Positions 26,216 through 37,917 of a stretch of 64,000 nucleotides of DNA are shown here, one piece after another; within the stretch, counting starts at the first letter, position 1, and every line of letters starts with the position of its first letter. The notes under the pieces were generated by a model. The model had not been told where the DNA came from and made no database searches. It saw only the letters and a list, made by a program, of their open reading frames with translations. Both the position numbers and the translations under genes were made by a program. The DNA comes from Carcharhinus amblyrhynchos (lineage: Eukaryota), in assembly GCA_965287045.1 (NCBI GenBank), contig OZ336882.1, positions 73,780,001-73,844,000 on the forward strand, given 5' to 3'.

Positions 26216-26510
26216 ATCATGGAATCCCTACAGTGTACCAACTCTCCGACACAGAATCTTTTCCAGTCACTCTCCCCTGCCCTGTATGTGTACTCCATAG
26301 ATTCACCATGGCTAATCCACCTAACCTACTCATCTTGGAACATTAATTTACTGTGGCCAATCCACCTAGGCTGCCTACTTTTGAAATGAAGGAAGAACTG
26401 GATCATCCGGAGGAAACTCACACAGACAATGGATAATGAGTAAGCTCCACGCAAACAGTCACAAAATTTCGGAATTGAACGCCAGTTTCTGGCGCTGTGA
26501 GGCAGCAGTG
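26216..26510 (-). mobile_element. HE1-type V-SINE
   Basis: CCGGAGGAAACTCACACAGACA...CTGGCGCTGTGAGGCAGCAGTG. Confidence 0.8.
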
Positions 26511-27430
26511 TCGACTTCTTGTATAGATTAAAGCCCCTGCCATTTTCATTGACACACTTACAAGCACTCTAGCAAATTCAGTCCTGACTAGCACGGTTGT
26601 AAACCATCCTGCTTGTAGATGTCTCCTCTCAGCCAGAAAATAAGCCAATACTCCAGTAATATGAAAACCTCCCCCGACGCCCTTACTTCAGCCATGTATT
26701 CATCTGATATATGCTGTGATTTCTCCTCTGTACGGCAGTGACATTTTGACTAATCCTGAAATCACTACGTTCTAGGTGCTACTTTTCATCTGACTTCCTA
26801 ATTCACTATGTTCTGCTTTTAGTACATAATGCATATATTTTACATATGTCATTTATACCGACTTGTACCACTACAATGGGATGTTCGCCCTCACCTTTAA
26901 GAATGTCATGTAACCGCCCTGAGACGTGCTTGACCTTAGCAGCAGTGAGTCAACATACCTTCCTTGCCACCACAGTGATACCTAACAGTTGGCCAACAAT
27001 TAAATTCCCCAAAGCTGTTGTATTTCCATAACCTTTACTCCTCTCCTGTGCAGAAGACCCAACTGTTGTGCCACAAACTGGTCTGTGCCTGCCCTTCCAA
27101 GAGAGGCTATTTCACTCAACGGTATGTAAAACTGTATATGTGTTTTCCAGGGGACTCGCCCCAGGAGATACATGAACTGCCTGCTTACTCGTCTTCTTTT
27201 GCTTGGTCACCCATTCCTTTTCCAGCTTCTGGAGGCTGCCTACGACCCTATAAGTGCTATCCTGTCAATCCCCATCTCGTGGATGCTCCACAGTGTCTGA
27301 GCCGCCGATCCGGATCCAAATCCCGGGCTTCCAGTAGTGCACATAATCTGGCACCTGGGAATGCAGTGTTCCCTGCTGCCCACGTCGCGCATGCGGAGCA
27401 TACCAGAGATTTGAGCACTTCTGCCATGGC
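26510..27430 (-). mobile_element. Degenerate CR1 ORF1 / start of ORF2
   Basis: LVCSACATW (ORF1 zinc-finger-like) and esterase-region remnants. Confidence 0.55.
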
Positions 27431-28949
27431 TAACACTTTTTTAGTTAAGATCTTTGAATGATGCTTAATTGCATTTGATATGAAATTTTCTCTCGTGCTC
27501 GTTACAAACCAAAGATAGTCTTTTACATAACTAACCCACAAACAATAAGCAAGATGTTAGAAAATAATTATGCATCCCTACCCACCACTTACCAATCAGC
27601 TCCATCTCTTGCAGCCTCTATTCCTGCAGCAGGACGCCATCATCCTCTGAAGCTTACGATGTTAGAAAGCCAACAAAACAAAATCACATCTCCCTCTTTG
27701 TACCAAATTCCCTCTGGGCTCTACAATCCCAGATAATCAAACTCGCTTTGGTTGTGCTTCACCCAAACTTTACTCTCTCCCAAAACTCGTGTCCAAATCT
27801 CAGTGATTATATTCTGAGAGGAAGGGATGTATTTTCCTTGCTTCAATATGTGAACAAATTAACACGTTCACAGTTCAGAGCACCGTACGTACCAGTTTGC
27901 AACTGTTCTAGAAAAGCTCAGTTCTGACAATAGACACCTAACTTGGTTACTTTAATTGACTCGACCCATATGTCCCTGGGCATGCAGGTTGTTTCTACAA
28001 TGTTCTGAAACATCCTGCATCAGATGCTAAGTTAAAATGGCCTTTTGCTTCATGTTAGTGCATGGTTTTGTTGGTATTAAAACCAAAGTAAACATAGACA
28101 TTGCAAAATTGTGCATTCAGTTTAAATCTGTGTATTGGTGATTCAGAATAGAATCATATCGAATCCGCACGTGGGAGAGCAGGAATGCTGATCCATTTTA
28201 GTCACCTTATCATCATAGGACAGCCTCCTCCTGCCGGGGACTAATCAGTGAGTCTTTGCTGTGCCGGATGCAGTTCATAGATATCCTGCCTTCAATACGG
28301 AGGTCAGAATTGCAAACAGTAATCAAGACACAATTTCATCTAAGTCTTCTGTACTTGTAGTAAGACTTGTCTGGTCTTGAGCACTAATCCTTCTGCTATG
28401 AAGGCCAACATACGATCTGTCCACTGGAAAAGAGATGTATCAAGATGAGGTTATGAACGTTTGAATGCAAAAGCAACGTGAAGATATAATGAAAGAAACG
28501 GGACAAAATCAAACCAGCAAAACAGCAAGTTGTTTGTTGAAGAGAGTGCGAAGCATTCATACCGAAATTCAAGGAAGAAAACACGTTAGCTCATACAGCA
28601 GTTTAGAAATAATGAAATAGATCTTTCCACCTATAGCTTGTATACCTTGAATGGTAAACTGCTTGTTGAAGTGAGTGCAGACGATTTAACATTTCTCTGT
28701 AGACATGAGCATTTCATTAACCTGAGGCCAAACAGTAAGAAATTCCCTTTGTCTGGAATTTATCAGCGTCGCCTGACCCACGAAGTTCCGCTGACACTTG
28801 AAAATATATTTGATCGAAGCAAATTACTGCAAATTCTGGAATCTGAAACCAAAAGAGAAAACAAAAATGCTGGGGAGAAAAATCAGCAGGTCTAGCAGTA
28901 TCTGTAAGGAGAGAACAGAACTGACTGTTCAAGTCCTTTGTCAAATTAG

Positions 28950-30410
28950 CCACAGTACAATAGAGGGGAAATTTCTGGAATGCGCATGGGATGATTTTCT
29001 GGAGCAATATGTTGCCGAACCAACAGGGAAACAGGTCATCTTGGACTAGACGTTGAGCAATGAGAAATGATTAGTTGTCAATCTAGTTGTGAAAGAACCC
29101 TTGGGAACAAGTGACTATAATATGGTAGAATTCCTTGTCAAAGTCAAAGTGACGTAGTTCATTCTAAGACCAGGGTCCTGAATCTCAACAAAGATAATTA
29201 TGATTGTATGAGGCATGAGTTGACCATGACGGACCGGGAAACATTGCTGAAAAGAAAGCCAGTAAGCAGGCATTTAAAGAAGGAATAGGTGAACTCCAGA
29301 AGTTGCTCATTCCTGTTTGGTAGAAGAGTGGCCAGGGAATTGCAGCCAAACTATGGCTTACAAGGGAAATTAGAGATAATATCAGATTCAAGGAAGAAGC
29401 ATACGACTTGGCAAGAACAGGCAATAGCCCTGAGGATTGGGAGCAGTTTAATTTCAGCAAGTTGGACCAAGGGATGGGATGGGAAAATGGAGTATGAAAG
29501 CAAGTTAGCAGGGAACATAAATGTCGAATATAAAAGTTTCTATAGATATGTGAAGAGAAAAATATTGACAAAAACGAATGTAACCCCTTACAGCCAGAGA
29601 TGGGACAATTCAGAATGGGGGATAAAGAAATGTCTAAGTAATTACATGTGTGTATTGTTTCAGTCTTCACCAAGAAAGGCATGAATAATGTACTAGAAGT
29701 GCTGAAGGAAACATATTTTATTGAGGAGCTGAAAGAAATTAACATTAGAAGAGAAATGGTTTGCAGAAATTGATGGGACTGAAGGTGGATGCGTCTCCAG
29801 AATGCTTAAGGGTGTGGCCCTATAAATAATAGTTATACTTTAAAAGAACTTTAACTTTTAACTTTTAAACAACCTTCACGGCACACGACAGCACAGAGTA
29901 GCTTAGCAGGGATTGATAGCCAAGTTCCGCACACATGAAGACGGCCTCATCCAGGATCTTGGATTCATGTCACACTATTTGTAACCTCCATAACTTGCTT
30001 GGGCTTGCAACATCTCACTTACTGTCCTGTCTGGAGACAATACTCATCTCTTTAACCTATAATAAATATTATCTCCACTCACATTGTCTGCACTTTTAAG
30101 ACTTAACTAGCTGTAAAGACTTGCATTCTAATCGGTGTTCTGTAAACTAACTGTGTGCCTTTACATGTCTGTTTGTGATCAGAACTCCCCACTCACCTGA
30201 CGAAGGAGCAGCGCTCTGAAATCTAGTCGTGTTTGTTGCCAAATAAACTTGTTGGACTTTAACCTGGTGTTATGAGACTTCTTACTGTGTTCAAAAAGGG
30301 AGGCAAAGAGAAAGCAGGGTGCTATAGTTCAGTGACCCTAACGTCAGTATTGGGGAAGTTGCTCAAGTCGATTATCAAGGATTTCATAACACGGCATTTG
30401 GAAGACATAA
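28950..30410 (+). mobile_element. Degenerate CR1 interrupted by a Penelope fragment
   Basis: FLEQYVAEPTGKQVILD, EYESKLAGNI, FKKGGKEKAGCYSSVTLTSVLGK. Confidence 0.85.
29866..30290 (+). mobile_element. Penelope-like element 3' end: GIY-YIG C-terminus plus pLTR with a degenerate hammerhead core (30191-30230)
   Basis: LIAKFRTHEDGLIQDLGFMSHY; CTGACGA-A-GGAGC-AGC-GCTCT-GAAA. Confidence 0.85.
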
Positions 30411-30801
30411 CCGGCCATCCCTTAGGGTTTTCGCACAAGATTGCTGATTACTGTTTCTCGTTAGACACTACCTAGTTTTAGAATGTTTTGTTTTTTATCT
30501 GATGGTTCTTCAACGCATCGTTAAGAAAAAATCCCGAATACGCTCTATGAATACCTCCTAAGCCTATTCGCTCAGAGGGTATTAGGAATTTGGAATTCAC
30601 TGCTTCAGCGGATGGTGCAGGTAAGGACCCTCATAATATTTTTAAAAATATATATTTAGATGCACTCTTATAAAGCCAACTGATACAAGAGCCAATTGCT
30701 TGAAAATGGGGTGAGATAGGTGGGTGGTTCGCCTTTGAGTGGCACAGACGTGATAGTGAAGGGCCTTTTACTGTGTTGTGCAAATCCATGATTATATAAA
30801 A

Positions 30802-30890
30802 TGCGATGACCAGGAATTGAGCCTGTGTCAACTACTTGAAAGACAGCTGTGCACAGCACTGAAGTTATGCTTACCACTATATTGCAATGA
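30802..30890 (-). pseudogene. Degenerate tRNA-Gly(TCC)-derived pseudogene with an internal ~18-nt duplication
   Basis: TATAGTGGTAAGCATAACT[dup]GTCTTTCAAGTAGTTGACACAGGCTCAATTCCTGGTCATCGCA followed by TTTT aligns to vertebrate tRNA-Gly(TCC). Confidence 0.7.
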
Positions 30891-30939
30891 CTAAGTAAAA
30901 GGAACATTAAAATACTGAAATGATTCAAGTCAGTTGAAA

Positions 30940-31660
30940 CTTGAAACAAAGCAGTGTTGATGCTGAGCCAATGAATTTATTAGGTAAGGTGACAATAGCA
31001 TGTCTACAAAAGTAGATTGGAAGGAGCCACTTAAGGGGGAAAGGGTGTAAGACAAGTGGAGAGGTTTAGGAAAGGAGTCAACATTTTTTGGCCAAGTTGA
31101 ACGCACGGTAGTCAACCTGAAGAGATAAAAATTGGGAATACAGAAGATGGCAGAGCAGTAGAGAACTGGAAGATTTGTTGGGCTGAAGGAGGTTACCAAT
31201 CTGAATCTGGTTACAATAGGGGTACCATACGCATACACACGGGTCAAGGTAGGTGTAGGAAAATGCTTTGTTAAGTTGGCGGCGCGGGCTCGTTGGGCCG
31301 AAGGGCCTGTTTCCCGTGCTGGGGTTGTTCTTTGTTCTTTGTTTGTTCTTTGTTCTACAGAGGCAAGGAAGAAATTATAAAGATATTTGAAAGAAAGGCT
31401 GAGGATTTTAAAATGGATGCATTGCTATGCCAAGAGCAAGTGTAGGTAGTCTAACAAAGGGGTGATTTGTGAACCGGACTTGGTTGAGGTGAAGTTGAAG
31501 GCAGCAGGATTTTGGATGAGTGCAGGTATATGCAGGTTGAAAGATGGGAGGGCGCTGGAGAACACTGGAATAGTCAAGTATGGAGTGAAGGACGGCGTGG
31601 ATAATGGTATCTACAGCAAATGAGCTGAGGCAGGGCTGGAATTGGATGACGTTTAGAATG
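30940..31660 (-). mobile_element. Ancient L2-like fragment, with short CR1 tails inserted at ~31200-31355 and 31661-31830
   Basis: Homology to 10700-11010; tails contain GGGCCGAAGGGCCTGTTTCC. Confidence 0.55.
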
Positions 31661-31829
31661 TGTCTTTTGAAATGTATTTAGATTGTTACATGGTTACGAT
31701 AGGTATAGTGGGATATGGGCCAAATGCGGGCAACTGGGATTAGCTTAGGGATTAAAAGGGCGGCATGGATAAATTGGGCCGAAGGGCCTGTTTCCATGCT
31801 GTAAATCTCTGTGACTCTATGACTGTATG

Positions 31830-32462
31830 TAGAAGTATAGTGTATTTATGTGATAACGTTTCATCTGTCTATACGATATCAGACACTTCCGTCAGAAGTT
31901 CTCTATTAAATACTTGTAAAATATAAGTTAATATTAGGATTGTTACCCTATCTGTCTCTCTGGAATACTGCATCAATATGAGATCTTTCATAGATTACTG
32001 TAATGAGAAGCTAAACGTTGAGGCCAAGGGCAGAAACCTTTTAAATCTGAGATTTGCCCATTTAAGAGCCTCGTTTGGAACAAATTTTGGCAGAATATTT
32101 GGAAGCATAACAGGGCATTAATATCAATCATTCATGTCCCTGGTTTCACTGAGGGGTACGAAGTATCTGTGAACAGAGTGGAAGTGTCACAATTACTCTG
32201 TTGCTGACTCTCCTGCTCTCGGTCTGCGACTGAGGACTCTGTCTTCTACGAAATGGGTTTTCCCGATTCCGTCCCATTCCCGGATTTTAACGTTGGATGA
32301 ACTGACGTCTGATGATTCAAGCTCCAATATCAGGTTCCTGCTGAGATCGCAGCTGGACTGTGGTCGAGTGGGAAGGATTCAACAATGATTAAACAATGAG
32401 CTGAGTTTGGTAACCGTTTCACACCTGACACAGCGGAATCGATGTGTCTCTTCCTAGTTACA
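31830..32462. repeat. Low-copy duplicated block, copy 2 (paralog at 11020-11632)
   Basis: Visual alignment with copy 1, same orientation. Confidence 0.8.
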
Positions 32463-32989
32463 GTGAAACCCAGAACGAGCGAGAACACGGAGGCTTTCTG
32501 CACTTTCCACATAACTGTAGTTCCCCCATCTATTCTACAAAATCCATTCTGCACTACTCTTGTAACTTGTCAGCTTTCCTATAATATGTGTCCGAATAGG
32601 GCACTACTCCTTCAGCTGGACTCTGAAAGGATCAGCATACCTTCCCTGATTTTGTATTGCAATCCCGTTTCTGATTTCTAACTCAGTGTGCGTTAGGAAG
32701 TTTGAAACGAACACACTGATTATTGTTGTCCACCAAATTGGTCATTCTTATAGATTCACCCAATCACTGACACAGAATAACCATCTGCACTCGCTCCCTG
32801 TTACATAGCAACACATTGAAAAGTCCATTTCCAGTTCTTCCGTTCCTATTGTAAAGGAATAACACCCGAACATCTACACCATTTTGCTTTACCATCTGAC
32901 AGATTGAGGGAATCAGGTCCAAGATAACCTGTAAGAAAGCCAAATTACAACAAATAACAATTTGTTTACTCACCCAGCAGTTAATTATT

Positions 32990-34845
32990 TTACAGACCTC
33001 TCTAAGGTCACCCCTCAGCCTCCTACGCTCCAGAGAGAAAAGTCCCAGTCTGTTCAGCTCTCCTTATAACTGAGTCCAACAAGTCCCGATAGCATCCTAT
33101 AAATCTTTTGTGTACTCTTTCTAGGTTACCAATATCATTCTATAATAGCGTGACCAGGATTGCACACAGTGTTCTAAGTGTGGCCTTACCAATGTCCTGT
33201 ACTAATTCAACAAGATGTCCCTGTATTCAGTGTTCTGACCCATGAAACCAAGCATGCCAAATGCCATCTTCCCCACTCAATCCACCTGTGACTTCACTTT
33301 CATGGAGCTATGAACATGTACACCACCCGCCTCCCGAACCCCCGCCGCCCCCACCGAACTCTTTGCTCTGTAACTCTCCCCAGTGTCCTTCCATTACCTG
33401 AATAAGTCCTGCCCTGGTTCAATCACCTCACATTTTTCTAAATTAGACTCCATCTGCCATTCTTCAGCCCATTGGCCCAATTGGTCAAGATCCCGTTGCA
33501 ATTGGAGACAACTTTCTTCACTATCCATTATGCCATCAATCTTGGTGTCATCTGCAAACTTAATAACCATACCCCCTACATTTTCATCCATATCCTTAAT
33601 ATAAATGACAAATAACAATGGACCCAGCACATATCCCTGAGGCATACTGCCGGCCACAGGTCTCCAGTTTGAAAAAAAACTCTCTACCACCACCTTCTGG
33701 CTTCTCTCAGGAAGCCAATTTTGTATCCATTTAGATACCTCACTCTGGATCCCGTATGATTTAACTTTTTTGCAACAGACTACCATGCGGTACCTTGTCA
33801 AAGGCCTTTCTAAAGTCCTTCTGCACTGCCCTCATCTACCTTCCTGGTTACCCCTTCGAAAAACTCAATCAAATATGTGAGACATGATTTTCCACTCACA
33901 AAGCCATGCTGAGTGTCCTAACGAGTCATTACATCTTTAAATGCCTGTAGATTCTGTCTCTCAAAATACCGTGCAACAACTTAACCACCACAGACATGAG
34001 ACTTACTGGCCTGCTGTTCCCAGGCTTTTCCCTGCAGTCCTTTTTTTAAACAAAGGCACAACATTTGCCACTCTTCAATGTTCAGGCACCTCACCCATGA
34101 CTATCGATGATTCAAATATCTCGGCTACGGGACCCCGCAAACTCCTCCCTAGCCTCCTTCAACGTCCTGGGATACACTTCATCAGTTCCCAGAAATTTAT
34201 CCACCTTGATGCGCTTTACGACTTCCAGCACCTCCTTCTCTGTAATATGTACACTCCTCAATACATCACTATTTATTTCCCCAATTTCCCAAACATCCAT
34301 GCTTTTCTCAACATTAAATATTGATGAGAAATATCCATTTAAGATGTCACCCATCGCTTGTGGATCCGCACATTTTGCCATCCTGATTTCTCTCTTAACT
34401 CTACTCCTACACCCTTCCAGAGATTCACTTGATCTCAGCTGCTTATGCATGTCATGTGTCTCTTTCTTCTTCTTGATCAGGGCCTCAATATCCCGGGTCA
34501 TTCAGGGTTCCTGACTTCAGCCAGCCTTGCCCTTCACTCTAAGAGGAATGTGTTTACCCTGAACCCTAGTTAACACACTTCTGAAAGCATGCCACTTACC
34601 AAACATCCTCTGCTTTCCCAAAGACTTCTCCAATTAACTTTTGAAAGTTCCTGCTTCATACCGTCAAAATAGGCCTTACCCCAATTTAGAATTTTTACTT
34701 CTGGGCCAGGTCTATTATACACCATAGCTATCTTAAAACTAATAGAATTATGGTCACTGGTCCCAAAATGATACCTCATTAACATTTTTGTCACTGACCA
34801 TTCTTTTTTCCCAAGAGGACATCAAGTTTTGCTCCCTCTCCAGTC
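32990..34845 (-). mobile_element. CR1 LINE, EN-RT fragments
   Basis: [31 protein letters not shown]. Confidence 0.9.
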
Positions 34846-34969
34846 ATTATCATTTAGCCTAATTTAGCCCCCCTACATAAGCAATAATCCATTTTATTCG
34901 TTTAGCTGAACTTCCAAAATTTAAAGATGGCAGATACATCTGAGAATATAATCACTCTACTCACTTTCT

Positions 34970-35023
34970 TAATGAATGATGTTGCAACTTCGATATCCCC
35001 GAGGTGATTTCACAGGATATAAA
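34970..35023 (+). promoter_or_regulatory. Gene 3 proximal promoter: homeodomain site, O/E-like site, TATA
   Basis: TAATGA 34970-34975, TCCCCGAGG 34996-35004, TATAAA 35018-35023, ATG at 35110. Confidence 0.6.
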
Positions 35024-35109
35024 TGGCAGGCTTATGAAATATATCAGCTCAGAAGTTTATACAGAGCAACATCCTGCAGCGTGAAGCAACACATCAGTGT
35101 AGGCTGAAA

Positions 35110-35173
35110 ATGTTTCCAATTGATATGGCTGAGAAAATTTTCTACATGATTCTTGCTATCATTGGTGTTCCTG
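35110..35173 (+). CDS. GPR139/GPR142-like GPCR, gene 3, exon 1
   Basis: MFPIDMAEKIFYMILAIIGVP, then G|GTAAGA donor at 35174; 2744-bp intron. Confidence 0.88.
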
Positions 35174-35789
35174 GTAAGAGATTTAATGCACTGAAGTTAC
35201 GTAAATCTGTGTGTGAGATATACCCTGGCTTTGTTCCCTCAGAGACTGTGTAGCATGCTGATCTAGTGATCACCAAAATTCAAATGCACTTTCACTGAGA
35301 TTATTTCATGAATTAGCAGATCCAATAATCCAAGTGGATCTATAATGTGCTGATCTGAATAAATATTTCTGTTGAATTCTTATGTCAATTAAATGTATTA
35401 CATGCATTAGCATCCCTTCACAGAAATAAGTGCTGCAAACTTGAATACCATATATTGGCTGTGGGTAACTAGCCAGAGTGGATTAACAAATGTGTGTGTT
35501 CAGAATAATACAAATCTCTGTATTACTAGGGAATCAATATGTGTCGGGTTTTGCTAATCGTAACTGAATAGCCAGATTGGAATATCTGCCTCCGGTGAAT
35601 TGCATTGCAAGGAATAGGTGTCAGTGGAGATTTTTACTGAGTTGCGATAAGTAAACAGAGTGTAAGGTATCAGCACAGTGACCATGCATTACTGGGCGTA
35701 TTTGTCACTCTCGAATTGTACGCTGTATTCGTAAATCTCACCCAGCATTGCTGCTGTTTATATTCCTATACACTCCAGTACCTGGAGCA

Positions 35790-36150
35790 AGTTTCCCTTC
35801 AGCTCCCACCATTACACTTTCCGAGATCACAACCACTCCTTCCATATGAACGAGACTTGCTTTAACTTCTCACAATTCGCTAATTAATTGTGTTGTCTAC
35901 TTATGATGGAGTCTCCTGTATATTACGAGAGGAACAAAGATAGATTGGGTGCCCTTCATGTTGAATTCGTCCGCTCAGTCTGAAAGCGTGACACCGACCT
36001 TCCAATCACTTGTCACTTGAACTATAAATCCGATACTTTGATCACTCTGCCCCAGATCACCCATACTTTGCATCTGAAACAAGAAGCGACGTCTATTTTT
36101 CAATGAAACGCTTTTTGACTTTCTATTCAGCAGTGGGCTCCATATTGTAA
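35790..36150 (+). mobile_element. Degenerate Penelope GIY-YIG endonuclease fragment in the gene 3 intron
   Basis: Pieces LLYI...RLG...RSV*KRDTDLPITCHLN. Confidence 0.55.
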
Positions 36151-37099
36151 ACACTGGTCCAAGTTTGTGGGACGGGCTCTGCTGGAAATGGGCAATGATT
36201 ACACGAACGTCAACTGGGGGAGAGGAGGAGGGAAATGTCACGAGTGGTGGTTTTGAATGGATGGTTCCCTATTGATAGAAGGATTACAGGTTAGTCAGCA
36301 TTCCTGGGCACTAATACCATTCTCAATCACTTGTTAAGGCTACTAGGGCCGTCTCACATTTTCTGCATTCCCGCTTCGCACCTGCTCTGTTATTCTGCTG
36401 AAAATATTTACCTATTCTTTTGGGCAAGTGTCTGCTTCTCAAACCTACGAGGACAGCTCTCCTCTACCTGAGCAAACTCGAAATACTGATAAAGGGGCCA
36501 AGTGCACTTATGATTAAAAAAACAATGCGGCTCCTGATCAGCAGGCTGTGTCTGGTACCGAGTAAGTGAAGCTGCTTAGATTTGTCGGCGGGTGTAGTGA
36601 TCCTTTGTGAGGGAACTGTTCCGAGGCGTTTCATGTTCCGAGGAAGTGCGGTCTGGCTTCGGGGTACGCGGCGTTTAAAGATGAGGGTCACATCTTCAGG
36701 GGGATCTTATTGTTAGAGATTTCTGACGCTGAATACTGTCTGATACGTAAGGATGAGGGTCTAATCCTGAGCAGAAGCTTATTGTTAGCGATCTCTGGCA
36801 GTGAATGATATCTGATATGATAAGGGTGGGGGTTTGATTCGAAGAGGATTTGATTTATTTGGGATATCACCTTGTGGACACCTGATTCGTAGGCTGCCTT
36901 ATCCTGATGGAGTCTAGTCCGGAGCAGATCTGACCCTAAGAAGTGTCTGATCCTCAGGTAGCAGCTTTTCAGATGCTGAGTGTGACATGTTTCCAGAAAG
37001 GATGTAGGGGCCTGAAAGTATTCTGGTCCTCAAATGGGCGTGATGCTGTTGGGTGCCTGAACTTGAAGAGTTTCTGACGCTCAGGGTAGTAGTGTCTGT

Positions 37100-37330
37100 A
37101 ACCCCAGATTGATTGCAATAGAAGGCATTCTTCCTTAAAGGACATTGGTGAACCAAATGTCTTTTCTCACCATTTTTTCAGTGTTTCATGGTGGCGTTAA
37201 TGAAACTAACCACTGCATTCCAGAGCTATTAATGTAAGTCATATTTTATCGTCTGCCACCATGTAATTTGAATACCATCCCATAGTTATGTGGAATAATA
37301 GTCCAGTGGTGTTACACTTACTCATCTGTC
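37100..37330 (-). mobile_element. SacSINE1-like SINE
   Basis: TTCCTTAAAGGACATTGGTGAACCAAATG...TCTGCCACCATG..ATTTGAA. Confidence 0.6.
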
Positions 37331-37917
37331 TTACTCACCACCTACTCTCTTCTCTCTTCTGGGGACACCTTGCCGTCAGGAGGGTCAAAATGCATTATTT
37401 TTTTCCTATCATGGAGAGCCATCTGATTGTGGGATTTGGATATTGATCCAGAGATTCCAAGAATCGTGAACTGGTGTTCAACCATAGCAAGGGTACAGTC
37501 CATGAAAGAATAGAATCCTCAGTGAGAAGATGGAGAGTTCATGTTTGCGTGGTGTAGGGAGAATGACTGTTGCAATTCCAATCCTTACTGTGAGTCTGAT
37601 TGGGAAGTTCAGTTGATCAAAATGCAATCTGTATAACACATTAAACCAGAAAATCAAATGAAACCTGATTAAATTTGCCAACCAGTCTCCTGGACTGCTT
37701 GTCAGACTGATCCTTAAGTCTGACTTGCTTACCTTGCAGTGGAAGAGTTGGGACTGTATAGGGATGTGGGATGGGATTTTTTTTTTCAAATATTGATACT
37801 CTGACTCTTGTCCACTTCATTCGCTTCTGTTGATAATGTTCTATCCTTACTGTCTATGGCAGCCACGAAAATGTTTGATTAACAACTTCCAGCATTTTCT
37901 CCCTTTCTCTCTTGCAG

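Noticed and set aside
32764-32975. Minus-strand splice-like signals (GTGAGT, TTTCTTACAG) and a short ORF
   Set aside because: Donor and acceptor are only ~44 nt apart, all frames hit stops, and there is no recognisable homology.
36180-37080. Possible retroelement coding remnant on the minus strand (similar cases at 39900-40650 and 54000-54660)
   Set aside because: Too degenerate to assign a family by eye; needs BLASTX or Dfam.
37830-37917. N-terminal extension of the 344-aa ORF (MIMFYPYCLW...)
   Set aside because: Intronic: it starts at TTG and runs through the polypyrimidine tract and AG acceptor. The real N-terminus is exon 1 at 35110-35173. The ORF-track starts at 9959 and 21148 are likewise not true starts.
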